Assembly (NCBI GenBank): GCA_004297235.1
Contig: SCUR01000033.1
Span: forward strand, 1 to 46,082
Reading direction: 5' to 3'
DNA from: Candidatus Manganitrophaceae bacterium
GTDB taxonomy: Bacteria; Nitrospirota; Nitrospiria; SBBL01; Manganitrophaceae
DNA: 46,082 bases
A program made the translations under genes and the position numbers. Under the pieces are notes generated by a model that saw nothing but the letters and a program-made list of their open reading frames with translations, was not told the DNA's origin and made no database searches. Below, piece by piece: positions 17,802 through 27,565 of the stretch (positions are counted from its first letter, which is position 1; the number at the start of each line of letters is the position of its first letter).

Positions 17802-18890
17802 ATGCCTGATCTGCGTGAAGAGACACTGGGGGCCTATCTGGAATCGCTGTTCGGATCGCCCGTGAAGATTGTCGGCCTGGCGCCGTTGGGGGAGCCGATT
17901 CAATCCGGCGCCCTCAAGGGGTACGGCTACGGGGTGCCGATCGATGTCCGGTACGAGGTGGCCGGCCGGCGGCGGCGCGCCGTGTTGGAGACGATGAGCC
18001 CGGGCCCCTTCGGGCATGAAGAGATGGCCGACCGGGCCCAGGCGATGCTCTGGGAGCACACCGCTTTCAATCGGCTCCCTCGCCACGCTCCCTCGATCGA
18101 TGTCGGCGGCTTTCAAAGGGATGGGAGCCTCCTCTCCTTGGGAAAAGTCGAAGAGCCCTTTCTCCTCATGGAGTATGTAGAGGGACAAGGATATTTTCAA
18201 GACCTGATCCGGCTGCGGGAGGGGGGCGCGCTCACGGAACGTGATCTCGCCCGGGCCGAGGCCCTCTGCGATTACCTGGTTGAAATTCATCGTCTCCGCG
18301 GACCGGACCCCGGGCTTTATGTCCGGCGGATTCGGGAGTTGGTCGGCCACGGAGAATGCATCATGGGCTTGATCGACAGCTATCCCCCACGGCACGGCTT
18401 CATCACCGCCGAGCTGCTGGAAGAGATCGAGCGGCGTTGCGTCGCCTGGCGGTGGCGTCTCAAAGGGAGGACGCATCGGCTCCGTCAGGTTCACGGCGAT
18501 TTTCATCCCTGGAATATTCTCTTTCTGGAGGGGAGCGATTTCACCGTCTTGGACCGCTCTCGCGGCGAATGGGGCGATCCGGCGGACGACCTTTCCTGCC
18601 TCACGATGAATTATCTCTTCTTCTCCCTTCAGAAAAGCGGAAGGTTGGAAGGAGATTTTGAAAAACTCTTCAATCGCTTTTGGCGGCGGTACCTGGAGAG
18701 AAGCAACGACCGGGAGCTGCGGGAGGTGGTCGCCCCCTTCTTTGCCTTTAGAGGTCTGGTGATGGCGAGTCCCCTCTGGTATCCCAACCTGGCCGAGGAG
18801 GTCCGCCGGAAGCTCTTTACATTTATGCAAGCGGTGATGGATGCGCCGGTCTTCGATCCGGAGCGGGTCAATGAGTATTGCGGAGAATAG
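17802..18890 (+). CDS. aminoglycoside phosphotransferase-like (APH) kinase
   Basis: LLMEYVEG, VHGDFHPWNILF, VLD and GDPADDL motifs. Confidence 0.88.
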   Translation: MPDLREETLGAYLESLFGSPVKIVGLAPLGEPIQSGALKGYGYGVPIDVRYEVAGRRRRAVLETMSPGPFGHEEMADRAQAMLWEHTAFNRLPRHAPSIDVGGFQRDGSLLSLGKVEEPFLLMEYVEGQGYFQDLIRLREGGALTERDLARAEALCDYLVEIHRLRGPDPGLYVRRIRELVGHGECIMGLIDSYPPRHGFITAELLEEIERRCVAWRWRLKGRTHRLRQVHGDFHPWNILFLEGSDFTVLDRSRGEWGDPADDLSCLTMNYLFFSLQKSGRLEGDFEKLFNRFWRRYLERSNDRELREVVAPFFAFRGLVMASPLWYPNLAEEVRRKLFTFMQAVMDAPVFDPERVNEYCGE

Positions 18891-19431
18891 AGCGCAGCCG
18901 GCCTTTGCCGTCTGGATCACCGGTCTGCCGTCGTCGGGCAAATCGATGTTGACCTCGGCGCTGATCCGGACGCTTTCCAGGCGGGGAGTTCAGGCGGCGG
19001 TGTTGGAATCCGATGCCCTGCGGCGCATCTTGACCCCTCGTCCTTGTTATTCTGAAGAGGAACGGGAGGCTTTCTACGGGGCGATGGCTTCTATCGGCCG
19101 GCTTCTCACCGAGCAGGGGGTCCCGGTGATCTTCGATGCGACGGCGAACCGCCGGGCCTATCGGGACCAGGCAAGGGGGGAGATCCTCCGCTTCCTGGAG
19201 GTCTATGTCGACACCCCCCTGGCGGTCTGCATCGCCCGAGACCCCAAAGGGATTTATCGAAAAGCGCAGGAGGGGACCGCCGCCACCGTTCCCGGCCTTC
19301 AGGCGATGTATGAGCCGCCCCTCTCTCCGGAGATCGTGATCAAGGGAGATCGGGAATCGCCGGAGATCGGGGCGGATCGTATCGTTACCAAGCTGATCGA
19401 ACGTGGATTCCTTCCGGCGAGGGCGGCATGA
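18871..19431 (+). CDS. adenylyl-sulfate kinase-like P-loop kinase
   Basis: VWITGLPSSGKS, EVYVDTPLAVCIARDPKGIY and YEPP motifs. Confidence 0.85.
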   Translation: MSIAENRAQPAFAVWITGLPSSGKSMLTSALIRTLSRRGVQAAVLESDALRRILTPRPCYSEEEREAFYGAMASIGRLLTEQGVPVIFDATANRRAYRDQARGEILRFLEVYVDTPLAVCIARDPKGIYRKAQEGTAATVPGLQAMYEPPLSPEIVIKGDRESPEIGADRIVTKLIERGFLPARAA

Positions 19432-20639
19432 ACGGCGTTCACATCCAAGAGGCGATGGGCCCCACCGTGGCGGAGGGGGAGATCGAGATCGTGGAGCGGA
19501 AAGGGCGGGGACACCCCGACACGATCTGCGACGCCGTCATGGAGCGAATCGCACAATCGCTCTCCCGCGCCTATCTCGATCGATTCGGAACGCTCCTTCA
19601 CTTCAACTGCGACAAGGGCCTTCTGGTGGCGGGGCGGGTCGCGCACCGCTTCGGCGGCGGAGAGGTCCTGGAGCCGATGCGCCTGATCATCGGCGATCGG
19701 GCGACATCGACATGGGGAGAGAAGAGAATCGACGTGGCCGAGATTGCGATCGCGTCGGCGAAAGGATGGTTCCGGGAGAACCTCCCCCATATCGATCCGG
19801 ATCGTCATCTGCATTATCAGGTCGAACTGAAACCCGGCTCCGAAGAGCTGGCAAGCCTTTTCCGGCGAGGGGAGGGTCTGCTCCCGGCGAACGACACCTC
19901 CGCGGCGGTCGGTTATGTCCCCCTGACCGAAACCGAACGGTTGGTCCTCGCCGCCGAGCAACACTTGAACTCGCCCTCTTTCAAATCCCGCTTTCCGGAA
20001 ACGGGAGAAGATATCAAAGTCATGGGAATTCGCAGAGGCCGGCGGCTCGATCTGACCGTGGCGGTTCCCCTGATCGACCGGTATGTGGAAAACGAGACCG
20101 ACTACTTCCGGCGAAAGGAATCGGTGCAGGAGGCGCTGCGGACTTACTTGAAGAGCCGGCTCGAAACGATCGACGCGGTCTCGATCCGCCTGAACACCCT
20201 CGACCGCCGGGGCGCCGGGATGGAGGGGATCTATCTCTCGGTCCTCGGCACCTCGGCGGAGGATGCCGACTCCGGGGAGGTCGGACGGGGCAACCAAGTC
20301 AACGGCCTCATCTCCCTTCATCGTCCGCGGGGCTCAGAGGCCGCCGCCGGGAAGAATCCGGTGAGCCATGTCGGGAAGATCTACAATGTCCTCAGCCACC
20401 TCTTGGCCCACCGGATCTACGAACAGGTCCCCGGGCTGCGCGGGGTAGAGGTTTGGCTCTGCAGCCGGATCGGCGAACCGATCGATCGTCCGCAGATCGT
20501 CTCGGTGCAGATCCATCAGACCCCCGGCGTCGTGAACGGAGAGGTGGCCGACCTCATCCGGAAGGTCGTGGGAGAAGGACTGGCGCGGATGCCGGCATTC
20601 ATCGAGGAGTTGGTCCAGGGGAAGTATCCCGTTTGTTAA
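19428..20639 (+). CDS. mat: archaeal-type methionine adenosyltransferase
   Basis: EIVERKGRGHPDTICD, ANDTS, GEDIKVMG, DSGEVGRGN and GKNPVSHVGKIYN motifs. Confidence 0.93.
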   Translation: MNGVHIQEAMGPTVAEGEIEIVERKGRGHPDTICDAVMERIAQSLSRAYLDRFGTLLHFNCDKGLLVAGRVAHRFGGGEVLEPMRLIIGDRATSTWGEKRIDVAEIAIASAKGWFRENLPHIDPDRHLHYQVELKPGSEELASLFRRGEGLLPANDTSAAVGYVPLTETERLVLAAEQHLNSPSFKSRFPETGEDIKVMGIRRGRRLDLTVAVPLIDRYVENETDYFRRKESVQEALRTYLKSRLETIDAVSIRLNTLDRRGAGMEGIYLSVLGTSAEDADSGEVGRGNQVNGLISLHRPRGSEAAAGKNPVSHVGKIYNVLSHLLAHRIYEQVPGLRGVEVWLCSRIGEPIDRPQIVSVQIHQTPGVVNGEVADLIRKVVGEGLARMPAFIEELVQGKYPVC

Positions 20640-20657
20640 AAGGGAATGCGACAGTTG

Positions 20658-21803
20658 ATGAATCAAGGATCAACACATTCCAAGCCGATCACCCTCTTCC
20701 TGGCGGGGGATGTGATGACGGGGAGGGGGGTCGATCAGATTCTGCCTCATCCTAGCGACCCTCATCTCTATGAGTCGTACATCAAGTCGGCCGTGGGATA
20801 TGTCGAACTCGCCGAGGAGGTGAACGGTCCGATCCCGAAACCGGTCGGCTATTCCTACCTCTGGGGAGAGGCCCTCGAAATCTTGGGGCGACGGGCGCCC
20901 GATGTGAGGATCATCAATTTGGAGACCGCCGTCACGACGAGTAATGCGTGGGAGGAGAAAGGGATCAACTACCGGATGCATCCGGAGAATATCCCCTGTC
21001 TCACCGCGGCTAAGATCGACTGCGCGGTTTTGGCCAACAATCATCTGTTGGATTGGGGAGAGGCCGGCTTGGTCGAGACGTTGGAGGCGCTGAGAAAGGC
21101 GGACATAAAAACCGCGGGGGCCGGCCGCACCCTCGACGAAGCGCAAGCGCCGGCGATCTTCGAGGTGCCTGGGAGGGGTCGGGTGATCGTCTTCGGATTC
21201 GGATCGGAGAGCAGCGGTATTCCTTGGACCTGGGCCGCAACGAAAGAGAAGGCGGGGGTTGATCTGCTCGAAGATCTCTCGGAGAGAACGGTTCGGCAGA
21301 TCGCCGGGCGGGTACAATCGACGAAACGACCCGGCGACATCGTCGTCGCCTCCATTCACTGGGGAGGGAATTGGGGCTACGACATCCCTCGTGATCAGAT
21401 CCGGTTTGCCCATCAACTCATCGATGAGGCCGCTGTCGATGTCATCCACGGGCATTCCTCTCATCACGCCAAAGGGATCGAAGTTTATCGGGAGAAGCCG
21501 ATTCTCTACGGCTGCGGCGACTTCCTCACCGACTATGAAGGGATTGAAGGATATGAAACGTTCAGGGACGATCTGGCGCTGATCTACCTCGCGAAGATCG
21601 ATCCGTCGTCTGGAAAGCTCGTTCGATTCGAGATGGTCCCTTTTCAGATGAAGCGCTTTCGGCTCTATCGCGCATCGGAGGAAGATGCAAGGTGGTTGGA
21701 GGAGATGTTCAACAGAGAGGGCCATCCCTTCGGGACCTGGGTTGAATTGAAAGAAGACCTTTCGCTTGCGCTGCGATGGAAGGGACAGGGAACACAAAGG
21801 TAA
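20658..21803 (+). CDS. CapA/PGA_cap metallophosphoesterase (Rv0574c-like)
   Basis: GDVMTGRGVDQ, NLET, LANNHLLDWG, IHWGGNWG and GHSSHH motifs. Confidence 0.92.
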   Translation: MNQGSTHSKPITLFLAGDVMTGRGVDQILPHPSDPHLYESYIKSAVGYVELAEEVNGPIPKPVGYSYLWGEALEILGRRAPDVRIINLETAVTTSNAWEEKGINYRMHPENIPCLTAAKIDCAVLANNHLLDWGEAGLVETLEALRKADIKTAGAGRTLDEAQAPAIFEVPGRGRVIVFGFGSESSGIPWTWAATKEKAGVDLLEDLSERTVRQIAGRVQSTKRPGDIVVASIHWGGNWGYDIPRDQIRFAHQLIDEAAVDVIHGHSSHHAKGIEVYREKPILYGCGDFLTDYEGIEGYETFRDDLALIYLAKIDPSSGKLVRFEMVPFQMKRFRLYRASEEDARWLEEMFNREGHPFGTWVELKEDLSLALRWKGQGTQR

Positions 21804-21866
21804 GATCAGGCGGACCTTCCGGCGGAGCATTTAACTCACCCAGACATGTTTTTCATTCGCCGATGC

Positions 21867-21911
21867 TCCCCCAAAAGGGGTGTAGACCTGTTTGTTTCAA
21901 ATCGATATTCT
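21867..21911 (+). promoter_or_regulatory. box-dependent promoter of the DUF2267 copy 2 operon
   Basis: TCCCCCA-AA-AGGGGTG, TAGACC, 17 bp, TATTCT. Confidence 0.72.
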
Positions 21912-21960
21912 AAAACAAGAAGGGTGGCAGATCATCACGAATAAACGAGGAGGAGATCCC

Positions 21961-22374
21961 ATGAACAAGGTAACGTTTGTTCGAAAAGTACAAGATGCTC
22001 TTGAAAAGCGGATAAACCTCGATCGAGACCGGACGGAGCGGATGATCGGCGCCGTTTTCTTCGCCCTTTCTGCGCGTTTGACGCCGGATGAAGGGGAGCA
22101 GTTTATTGCGCAGCTCCCGACGGAGCTGAAAGCACTCTGGTATCATGAAGTCGCGACCCGGCTGGGTCAGGGAGAGAAGGCGATCGTGAAGCTTTCAAAA
22201 GATCAGTTTCTTGAAAAGATTCAAACCGAGGGACATCTGGCGTCGTCGGCGGATGCGGAGTTCATTGCGCGATGCGTCATCCATGTCCTCAAAGAGGCGA
22301 TCAGCCCTGGAGAAATGGAAGACGCGGTCGCTCAGCTTCCCTCCGATTTGAAAGCGTGGGTGTCGGCCGCGTGA
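21961..22374 (+). CDS. DUF2267-like protein, copy 2
   Basis: AVFFALSARLT..AQLPTELKALW..AQLPSDLK; GGAGG RBS. Confidence 0.85.
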   Translation: MNKVTFVRKVQDALEKRINLDRDRTERMIGAVFFALSARLTPDEGEQFIAQLPTELKALWYHEVATRLGQGEKAIVKLSKDQFLEKIQTEGHLASSADAEFIARCVIHVLKEAISPGEMEDAVAQLPSDLKAWVSAA

Positions 22375-22419
22375 CGCTGAGATCAACCGGCCGGCGGGGG
22401 TTCTTGTTGGAGGAGGAAA

Positions 22420-23109
22420 ATGGAGGAGAGACATTCACAGGGAGAAACGCAGGTGGCGCATGATCGTCGCGAGCCTCTGGTCCGGATTCCCGCAGACGGC
22501 GTCACATTGGAAGGGGCGCTGGAGATTCCTGCAGAGGCGGTAGGGGTCGTGTTGTTCGCCCACGGCAGCGGCAGCAGCCGGCACAGCCCCAGAAACAACT
22601 TTGTCGCGCAGGTGTTGCGCGCTGCCGGGGTGGGGACACTGCTGTTTGATCTGTTGACTGAAAAAGAAGATCGAATTTATGAGACCCGTTTTGATATTGA
22701 TCTGTTGACCCGTCGGTTGATCTCGGCCACCCGCTGGTTCACTGAACAGCCTCAGCATCGCGGCCTGGCGGTCGGCTATTTCGGATCGAGCACCGGCGCG
22801 GCCTCGGCCCTTCGGGCGGCCGCCGCGCTCGGCCCGGCCGTCGGCGCGGTGGTTTCGCGCGGGGGACGGCCCGATCTGGCGGGGAGGGCGCTCCCGCACG
22901 TTCAGTCTCCCACGTTGCTGATCGTCGGCGGCGATGACCTCCCGGTCATTGATCTGAATCAACAGGCCTATGATCAGATGAAGGCGGAAAGGGGATTGAA
23001 GATTATTCCGGGCGCCACCCATCTGTTCGAAGAGCCGGGGACGCTGGAAGAGGTGGCGCGGCTGGCGGCCGATTGGTTTCAGCGACACCTTCATGTGAAA
23101 GAAGGCTGA
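22420..23109 (+). CDS. dienelactone hydrolase-like alpha/beta hydrolase (Rv0571c C-terminal type)
   Basis: FAHGSGSSRHSPRN, GYFGSSTG, VSRGGRPDLA and GATHLFEEPG motifs. Confidence 0.92.
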   Translation: MEERHSQGETQVAHDRREPLVRIPADGVTLEGALEIPAEAVGVVLFAHGSGSSRHSPRNNFVAQVLRAAGVGTLLFDLLTEKEDRIYETRFDIDLLTRRLISATRWFTEQPQHRGLAVGYFGSSTGAASALRAAAALGPAVGAVVSRGGRPDLAGRALPHVQSPTLLIVGGDDLPVIDLNQQAYDQMKAERGLKIIPGATHLFEEPGTLEEVARLAADWFQRHLHVKEG

Positions 23110-23122
23110 TCTTTTTTTCGGA

Positions 23123-24346
23123 ATGCATGATAATAGATACAAAATACAACGGATCGTCATGAATCGACACAAAGGAATCTCCGGTCCAATCAAACGAAGC
23201 GCTCTTTCCGAAGGAAGGCGCCCTTTCGAGGGGGGTACCTTCGACGATCTGAATCGAAACATCCCCCTCTCGGAAAAGCTCAGGTCGATCCATTCGATTC
23301 TGCAAGCTCGGATACCGTTGATCGATCGGATCGCCGTTGCGGTGTACGATCCGAAGACCGACCTGCTGAAGACCTTCATCTACAGCAGTCGCGAAGAGCA
23401 TCCCCTGATTCACTATCAGGCGAAATTGGCCGAGGCGGGCTCCTTGCGGGCCATCTTGCAGTCCGGGCGTCCCCGCGTGGTGAATGATCTCGCGGTTTTC
23501 GCCAAAGGGGAGCATGAGCATACGAAGCGGATCGCGGGACAGGGATTCGGATCGAGCTATACCCTGCCGGTTTACTTGAATGGACTCTTCCTCGGATTCA
23601 TTTTCTTCAACTCTTATCGGAAAAATATCTTCCGGCCCGATACCCTGCAGGAGCTTGACCTTTTCGGTCATTTAATCTCGTTGATGATTACCAATGAGCT
23701 ATCGACCATACGGATGATGGTCGCGACGATCAAGGCGGCCCGGCACATCACGGCCTACCGAGATAGGGAGACCGGGGGCCATGTCGAGCGGACCGCCCAC
23801 TATGCGAGACTGATCGCCAAAGAATTGGCCCCGAAGTACGGTTTCGACGACCCATATATCGAGTATCTTTTTCTATTTTCCTCCTTGCACGACATCGGTA
23901 AAATCGGCCTCCCCGACGCGGTCCTCAAGAAGACAGGCAAGCTGTCCAAAGAGGAAGTCGAAATCATGAAGAGCCATGTCCGGAAAGGCTGGGAGATCGT
24001 CGATACGATCATCGACGATTTCGGGCTGGATACTTTTCAGCATTTCAATATGCTGCGCAATATCGCCGAATATCACCATGAAGCTGTCGACGGAACCGGG
24101 TATCTTCGCGGGTTAAAGGGAGAGGCGATTCCGATCGAGGCGCGGATCATTACCGTCGCCGACATCTTCGACGCACTGACCAGCCGACGGTACTACAAGG
24201 AAGCGTGGACCAACGAGGAGGCCTTTGCGGCATTGCAGCGGCTGGCCGGCCTTAAGCTCGATCGAGACTGTGTTGAGGCGCTCGCCCGGAACGCCGGGGC
24301 GGTGAAGGAGATCCAGCAGCGATTCAAAGAGGAACTTCTGGAGTAG
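23123..24346 (+). CDS. GAF plus HD-GYP cyclic-dinucleotide phosphodiesterase
   Basis: RDRETGGHVER, LHDIGKIG, HHEAVDGTGYL and ADIFDALTSRRYYK motifs; start uncertain. Confidence 0.88.
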   Translation: MHDNRYKIQRIVMNRHKGISGPIKRSALSEGRRPFEGGTFDDLNRNIPLSEKLRSIHSILQARIPLIDRIAVAVYDPKTDLLKTFIYSSREEHPLIHYQAKLAEAGSLRAILQSGRPRVVNDLAVFAKGEHEHTKRIAGQGFGSSYTLPVYLNGLFLGFIFFNSYRKNIFRPDTLQELDLFGHLISLMITNELSTIRMMVATIKAARHITAYRDRETGGHVERTAHYARLIAKELAPKYGFDDPYIEYLFLFSSLHDIGKIGLPDAVLKKTGKLSKEEVEIMKSHVRKGWEIVDTIIDDFGLDTFQHFNMLRNIAEYHHEAVDGTGYLRGLKGEAIPIEARIITVADIFDALTSRRYYKEAWTNEEAFAALQRLAGLKLDRDCVEALARNAGAVKEIQQRFKEELLE

Positions 24347-24357
24347 CGCTATTTTTC

Positions 24358-26112
24358 CTACACGATTCCGAGGCGCTTCTTGTGGCTCCGCTCTTTTCCA
24401 TTTTTGAGAGAGGCCAAAAACGAATTGAGCGGGAGGGCGTTGAGGATATCCGATCGCTTCGCCCAACCCCGACGCGCCGTGGCGATCCCGAACTGAAGAT
24501 AGGAGAGGTGGTGGATGTGGTGCGCGTCGGAATCGATGACGAGCTTCACTCCGGCCTCGACCGCCTTCCGGATATGTTCATCTTTTAAATCGAGCCGGTC
24601 GGGAAAGGCATCCACCTCCAGGGCGGTTCCGGTTCGCCGGGCGGCTTGAATCACCGCGTCGATGTCGATGTCGACCGGCTCGCGCTTTTGGAGAATGCGC
24701 CCGGTGGGATGAAAAAGGATGTCGACGTGGGGGTTCTCCATCGCGCGGATCACCCGGCGGGTCATCTCCGCCCGCGACAGGCCGAAGTGGGAGTGAACGG
24801 CGATCCCGACAACATCGAGCTGGGCGAGGGTCTCATCATCGATGTCGAGGCGGCCGTCTTTGTCGATGTTTACTTCGGCCCCTTTCAGGAGGGTGATGCC
24901 GCGCAACTTTTTGTTCACCGCATCGATCGCGGCCATCTGTTTGCGGAGCCTCTTCTCATCCGACCCTTTCACCATCGCGAGGCTCTTCGTATGGTCGGTG
25001 ATCGCGAGATACTCCCGCCCCAAGCGCTTCGCCTCGGCGGCCATCTCTTCGATGGAATGGGCCCCGTCGGTCCAGTGGGTCTGCGTCTGAAGGTCGCCGC
25101 GTAAGTCGTCATAACCGATCAACTTCGGGAGTCTCCCCGCCAGGGCCGCCTCGATCTCGCCGGTCTCCTCCCGAAGCTCGGGGGGGATGAAGGGAAGGCC
25201 GAGCGCGGCATAGACCTCTTCTTCGGTTCGGCCCGCGATCGGCCGCTCTCCTCGAAAGACGCCGTATTCGCTCAGCTTGAGACCTTTTCCGATCGCAATC
25301 TTGCGGAGGTGAATATTGTGCGCTTTGCTCCCGGTAAAGTAGCAGAGGGCGGCGCCGAAGCTCTCCTCCGGAACGACGCGGAGATCGACGTCGATCCCGC
25401 TCTTGATCTTAATACTCGACTTCGTCGGTCCCTTCGCATGGAGGTAGATCACCTCCGGCATGGAGACGAAAAAGTCCATCACCCGGCCGGGATCGTTCGA
25501 GACGGCGAGCAGATCGCCGTCTCCGATCGTCTCCTTCCAGCGGCGAATGGAGCCGGCGACCGCCAACCGTTTCACTCCCGGAACCTTTTCCAAACGGCGC
25601 TCGATGTCTCGGATCACCGGGAGAATGACTCCGATCGGGTATCGGCTCCCGCTCTTTTTAAAAAAGGAGATCCCTTTGAGAATCTTCTGCTCGCTCTTCT
25701 CGCCGAAGCGAGGGAGCGGATGGATATTCCCCTCCATCGCGGCGCGCTCCAGATCGTCGACCGTCCGAACCCCCAGCTGATCGTAGAGGAGTTTGATCTT
25801 CTTCGGCCCGAGCCCCTCGATGGAGGTGAGGTGTTCCACATCGACCGGCGATTTTTCTCGCAACGCCTCGTAGTAGGGGAGCTTGCCGGTTTCGATCAGG
25901 GTCACCAGTTTCTCGGCGATACTTTTTCCGACACCGGGGATCTCTTCCACCGCTTTGATTCCACCGCGCCGGTAGATCTCGTCGAGTGGGGCGTCGAGCG
26001 CTTCAACGGCGTAGGCCGCCTTCTCATAGGCGCGCGGCTTGAAGGGGATCTCTTCCATGTCGAGGAAGAAGGCGATCTCCCGCAGGATCTCGGCGATCTC
26101 AGCGTTTCTCAT
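24358..26112 (-). CDS. polX: DNA polymerase X with PHP domain
   Basis: HhH motifs, AGSIRRWKETIGDGD, DLRVV, YFTGSKAHN, C-terminal PHP domain. Confidence 0.96.
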   Translation of the reverse strand: MRNAEIAEILREIAFFLDMEEIPFKPRAYEKAAYAVEALDAPLDEIYRRGGIKAVEEIPGVGKSIAEKLVTLIETGKLPYYEALREKSPVDVEHLTSIEGLGPKKIKLLYDQLGVRTVDDLERAAMEGNIHPLPRFGEKSEQKILKGISFFKKSGSRYPIGVILPVIRDIERRLEKVPGVKRLAVAGSIRRWKETIGDGDLLAVSNDPGRVMDFFVSMPEVIYLHAKGPTKSSIKIKSGIDVDLRVVPEESFGAALCYFTGSKAHNIHLRKIAIGKGLKLSEYGVFRGERPIAGRTEEEVYAALGLPFIPPELREETGEIEAALAGRLPKLIGYDDLRGDLQTQTHWTDGAHSIEEMAAEAKRLGREYLAITDHTKSLAMVKGSDEKRLRKQMAAIDAVNKKLRGITLLKGAEVNIDKDGRLDIDDETLAQLDVVGIAVHSHFGLSRAEMTRRVIRAMENPHVDILFHPTGRILQKREPVDIDIDAVIQAARRTGTALEVDAFPDRLDLKDEHIRKAVEAGVKLVIDSDAHHIHHLSYLQFGIATARRGWAKRSDILNALPLNSFLASLKNGKERSHKKRLGIV

Positions 26113-26189
26113 ACTCGGCTCCTGGCCGTTCTGTCGATTTGATTCACCGACATCACTGCAAATATGAAAGAACGGCCGGTTGATCGCAA

Positions 26190-26235
26190 CACCTCTTTTG
26201 GGGGGTTGCCCCTCTCTTCAAATCTGGAGGAAGAT
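26190..26235 (+). promoter_or_regulatory. box-dependent promoter of the USP operon
   Basis: CACCTCT-TT-TGGGGGG, TTGCCC, 18 bp, GAAGAT. Confidence 0.68.
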
Positions 26236-26268
26236 AAAACGGAACCGATCGGAGGTAGGGGAAAAAAG

Positions 26269-26769
26269 ATGAAACCACGCAAGCAGACCCGAACGATCTC
26301 TCGGATAATGGTGCCGACCGATTTCTCGCCCGGGTCCGCCGAGGCGCTCGAATATGCGATCGCGCTGGCCAAGCGGTTAAAAGCCGATCTCATCTTGGCG
26401 CACGTCATCGAGCCGTTTCCATACAATCTGGTGGAGGGGATGGCCTTTTCCGACTACGGAGAGCGCCTGACACCGCCGGCACGACGCCTTCTCGATCATC
26501 AATCGAAACGGGCCATCAAAGAAAAGATTCCGGTGAAAACCCGACTGATCGAGGGGGCGCCTTTTCGGGAAATCATCAAGATGGCCAAGCGGGAAGGGGC
26601 CGATCTGATCGTGATGGGGACGCACGGCCGCACCGGGATCGACCATTTTCTTGCCGGAAGCGTTGCGGAAAAGGTGGTGCGCCTCTCTCCCTGTCCGGTT
26701 CTGACCGTTCGATCCGTGCCGGCCGCTCCAAAGCGAGGAGGGGCGAAGCGAGGTCACAAGGCAGGGTGA
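26269..26769 (+). CDS. universal stress protein
   Basis: IMVPTDFS, DLIVMGTHGRTG and GSVAEKVVR motifs. Confidence 0.95.
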   Translation: MKPRKQTRTISRIMVPTDFSPGSAEALEYAIALAKRLKADLILAHVIEPFPYNLVEGMAFSDYGERLTPPARRLLDHQSKRAIKEKIPVKTRLIEGAPFREIIKMAKREGADLIVMGTHGRTGIDHFLAGSVAEKVVRLSPCPVLTVRSVPAAPKRGGAKRGHKAG

Positions 26770-26818
26770 GGAAGGGGAATGTTCTGAAAAATAACGATCT
26801 AACACGTGGGGGACCGCC

Positions 26819-27049
26819 ATGAAAAAAGGAACGAAAAAGAAAGAAGAGACATTCAAGGGAGAACAGACCGCGCCGATGGTCAATGACCAGGCGTTTCATC
26901 AAGCGATTGCCGAGAAAGCGCACGAGCTCTACGAAAAAGGGGGCCAGCGCCACGGACATGATCTGGAAGATTGGCTCGAAGCGGAGCAGTTGGTCCTCTC
27001 TGAGAAGAAAGGGGAGAAAAAACTGTCCAGTGTTCCACCGACAAAATGA
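26819..27049 (+). CDS. DUF2934 protein
   Basis: IAEKAHELYEKGG..GHDLEDWLEAE. Confidence 0.88.
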   Translation: MKKGTKKKEETFKGEQTAPMVNDQAFHQAIAEKAHELYEKGGQRHGHDLEDWLEAEQLVLSEKKGEKKLSSVPPTK

Positions 27050-27091
27050 AACCGGTCGAATCTCAGAAGCAGAAAAAGGGAAGGGGGGGCC

Positions 27092-27565
27092 ATGTCGCTC
27101 ACGCTTCAATCCTCAGCGTTCCCCAATCAAGGTGAGATCCCACGGCGCTACACCTGCGACGGAGAGGAACGCTCCCCTCCACTGGCCTGGTCCGGTCTGC
27201 CGGAGGGAACGAAAAGCCTCGTGCTGATCGTCGACGATCCGGACGCGCCCGATCCGACCGCGCCGAGAAGGACCTGGGTTCACTGGGTGCTCTACAATAT
27301 CCCGCCGAGTGCCGCCGGATTGCCGGAAGGGATGCCTCCCCGGGCCTTCCCGAAGGGAGCGTTGCCGGGACTTAACGATTGGCAACGCACCGGCTACGGC
27401 GGCCCTTGTCCTCCGATCGGCCGGCATCGCTACTTCCACAAGCTCTATGCCCTAGACATCGTTCTCCCCGATCTGGACAGACCCACCAAGGCGGTTGTGG
27501 AAAAGGCGATGAAGGGGCATATCCTGGCGCAGGCGGAGCTGGTGGGGACGTATGAACGTTCTTAA
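27092..27565 (+). CDS. YbhB/YbcL PEBP-family protein
   Basis: SPPLAWS, DDPDAP, WVHWVLYNIP and GPCPPIGRHRY motifs. Confidence 0.95.
   Translation: MSLTLQSSAFPNQGEIPRRYTCDGEERSPPLAWSGLPEGTKSLVLIVDDPDAPDPTAPRRTWVHWVLYNIPPSAAGLPEGMPPRAFPKGALPGLNDWQRTGYGGPCPPIGRHRYFHKLYALDIVLPDLDRPTKAVVEKAMKGHILAQAELVGTYERS

Noticed and set aside
19403-20755. 450-aa Arg/Gly-rich same-strand ORF
   Set aside because: Alternate frame of the MAT gene
23219-23237. Box-like C/G runs inside the HD-GYP 5-prime region
   Set aside because: Poor symmetry, no adjacent -35, probably coding
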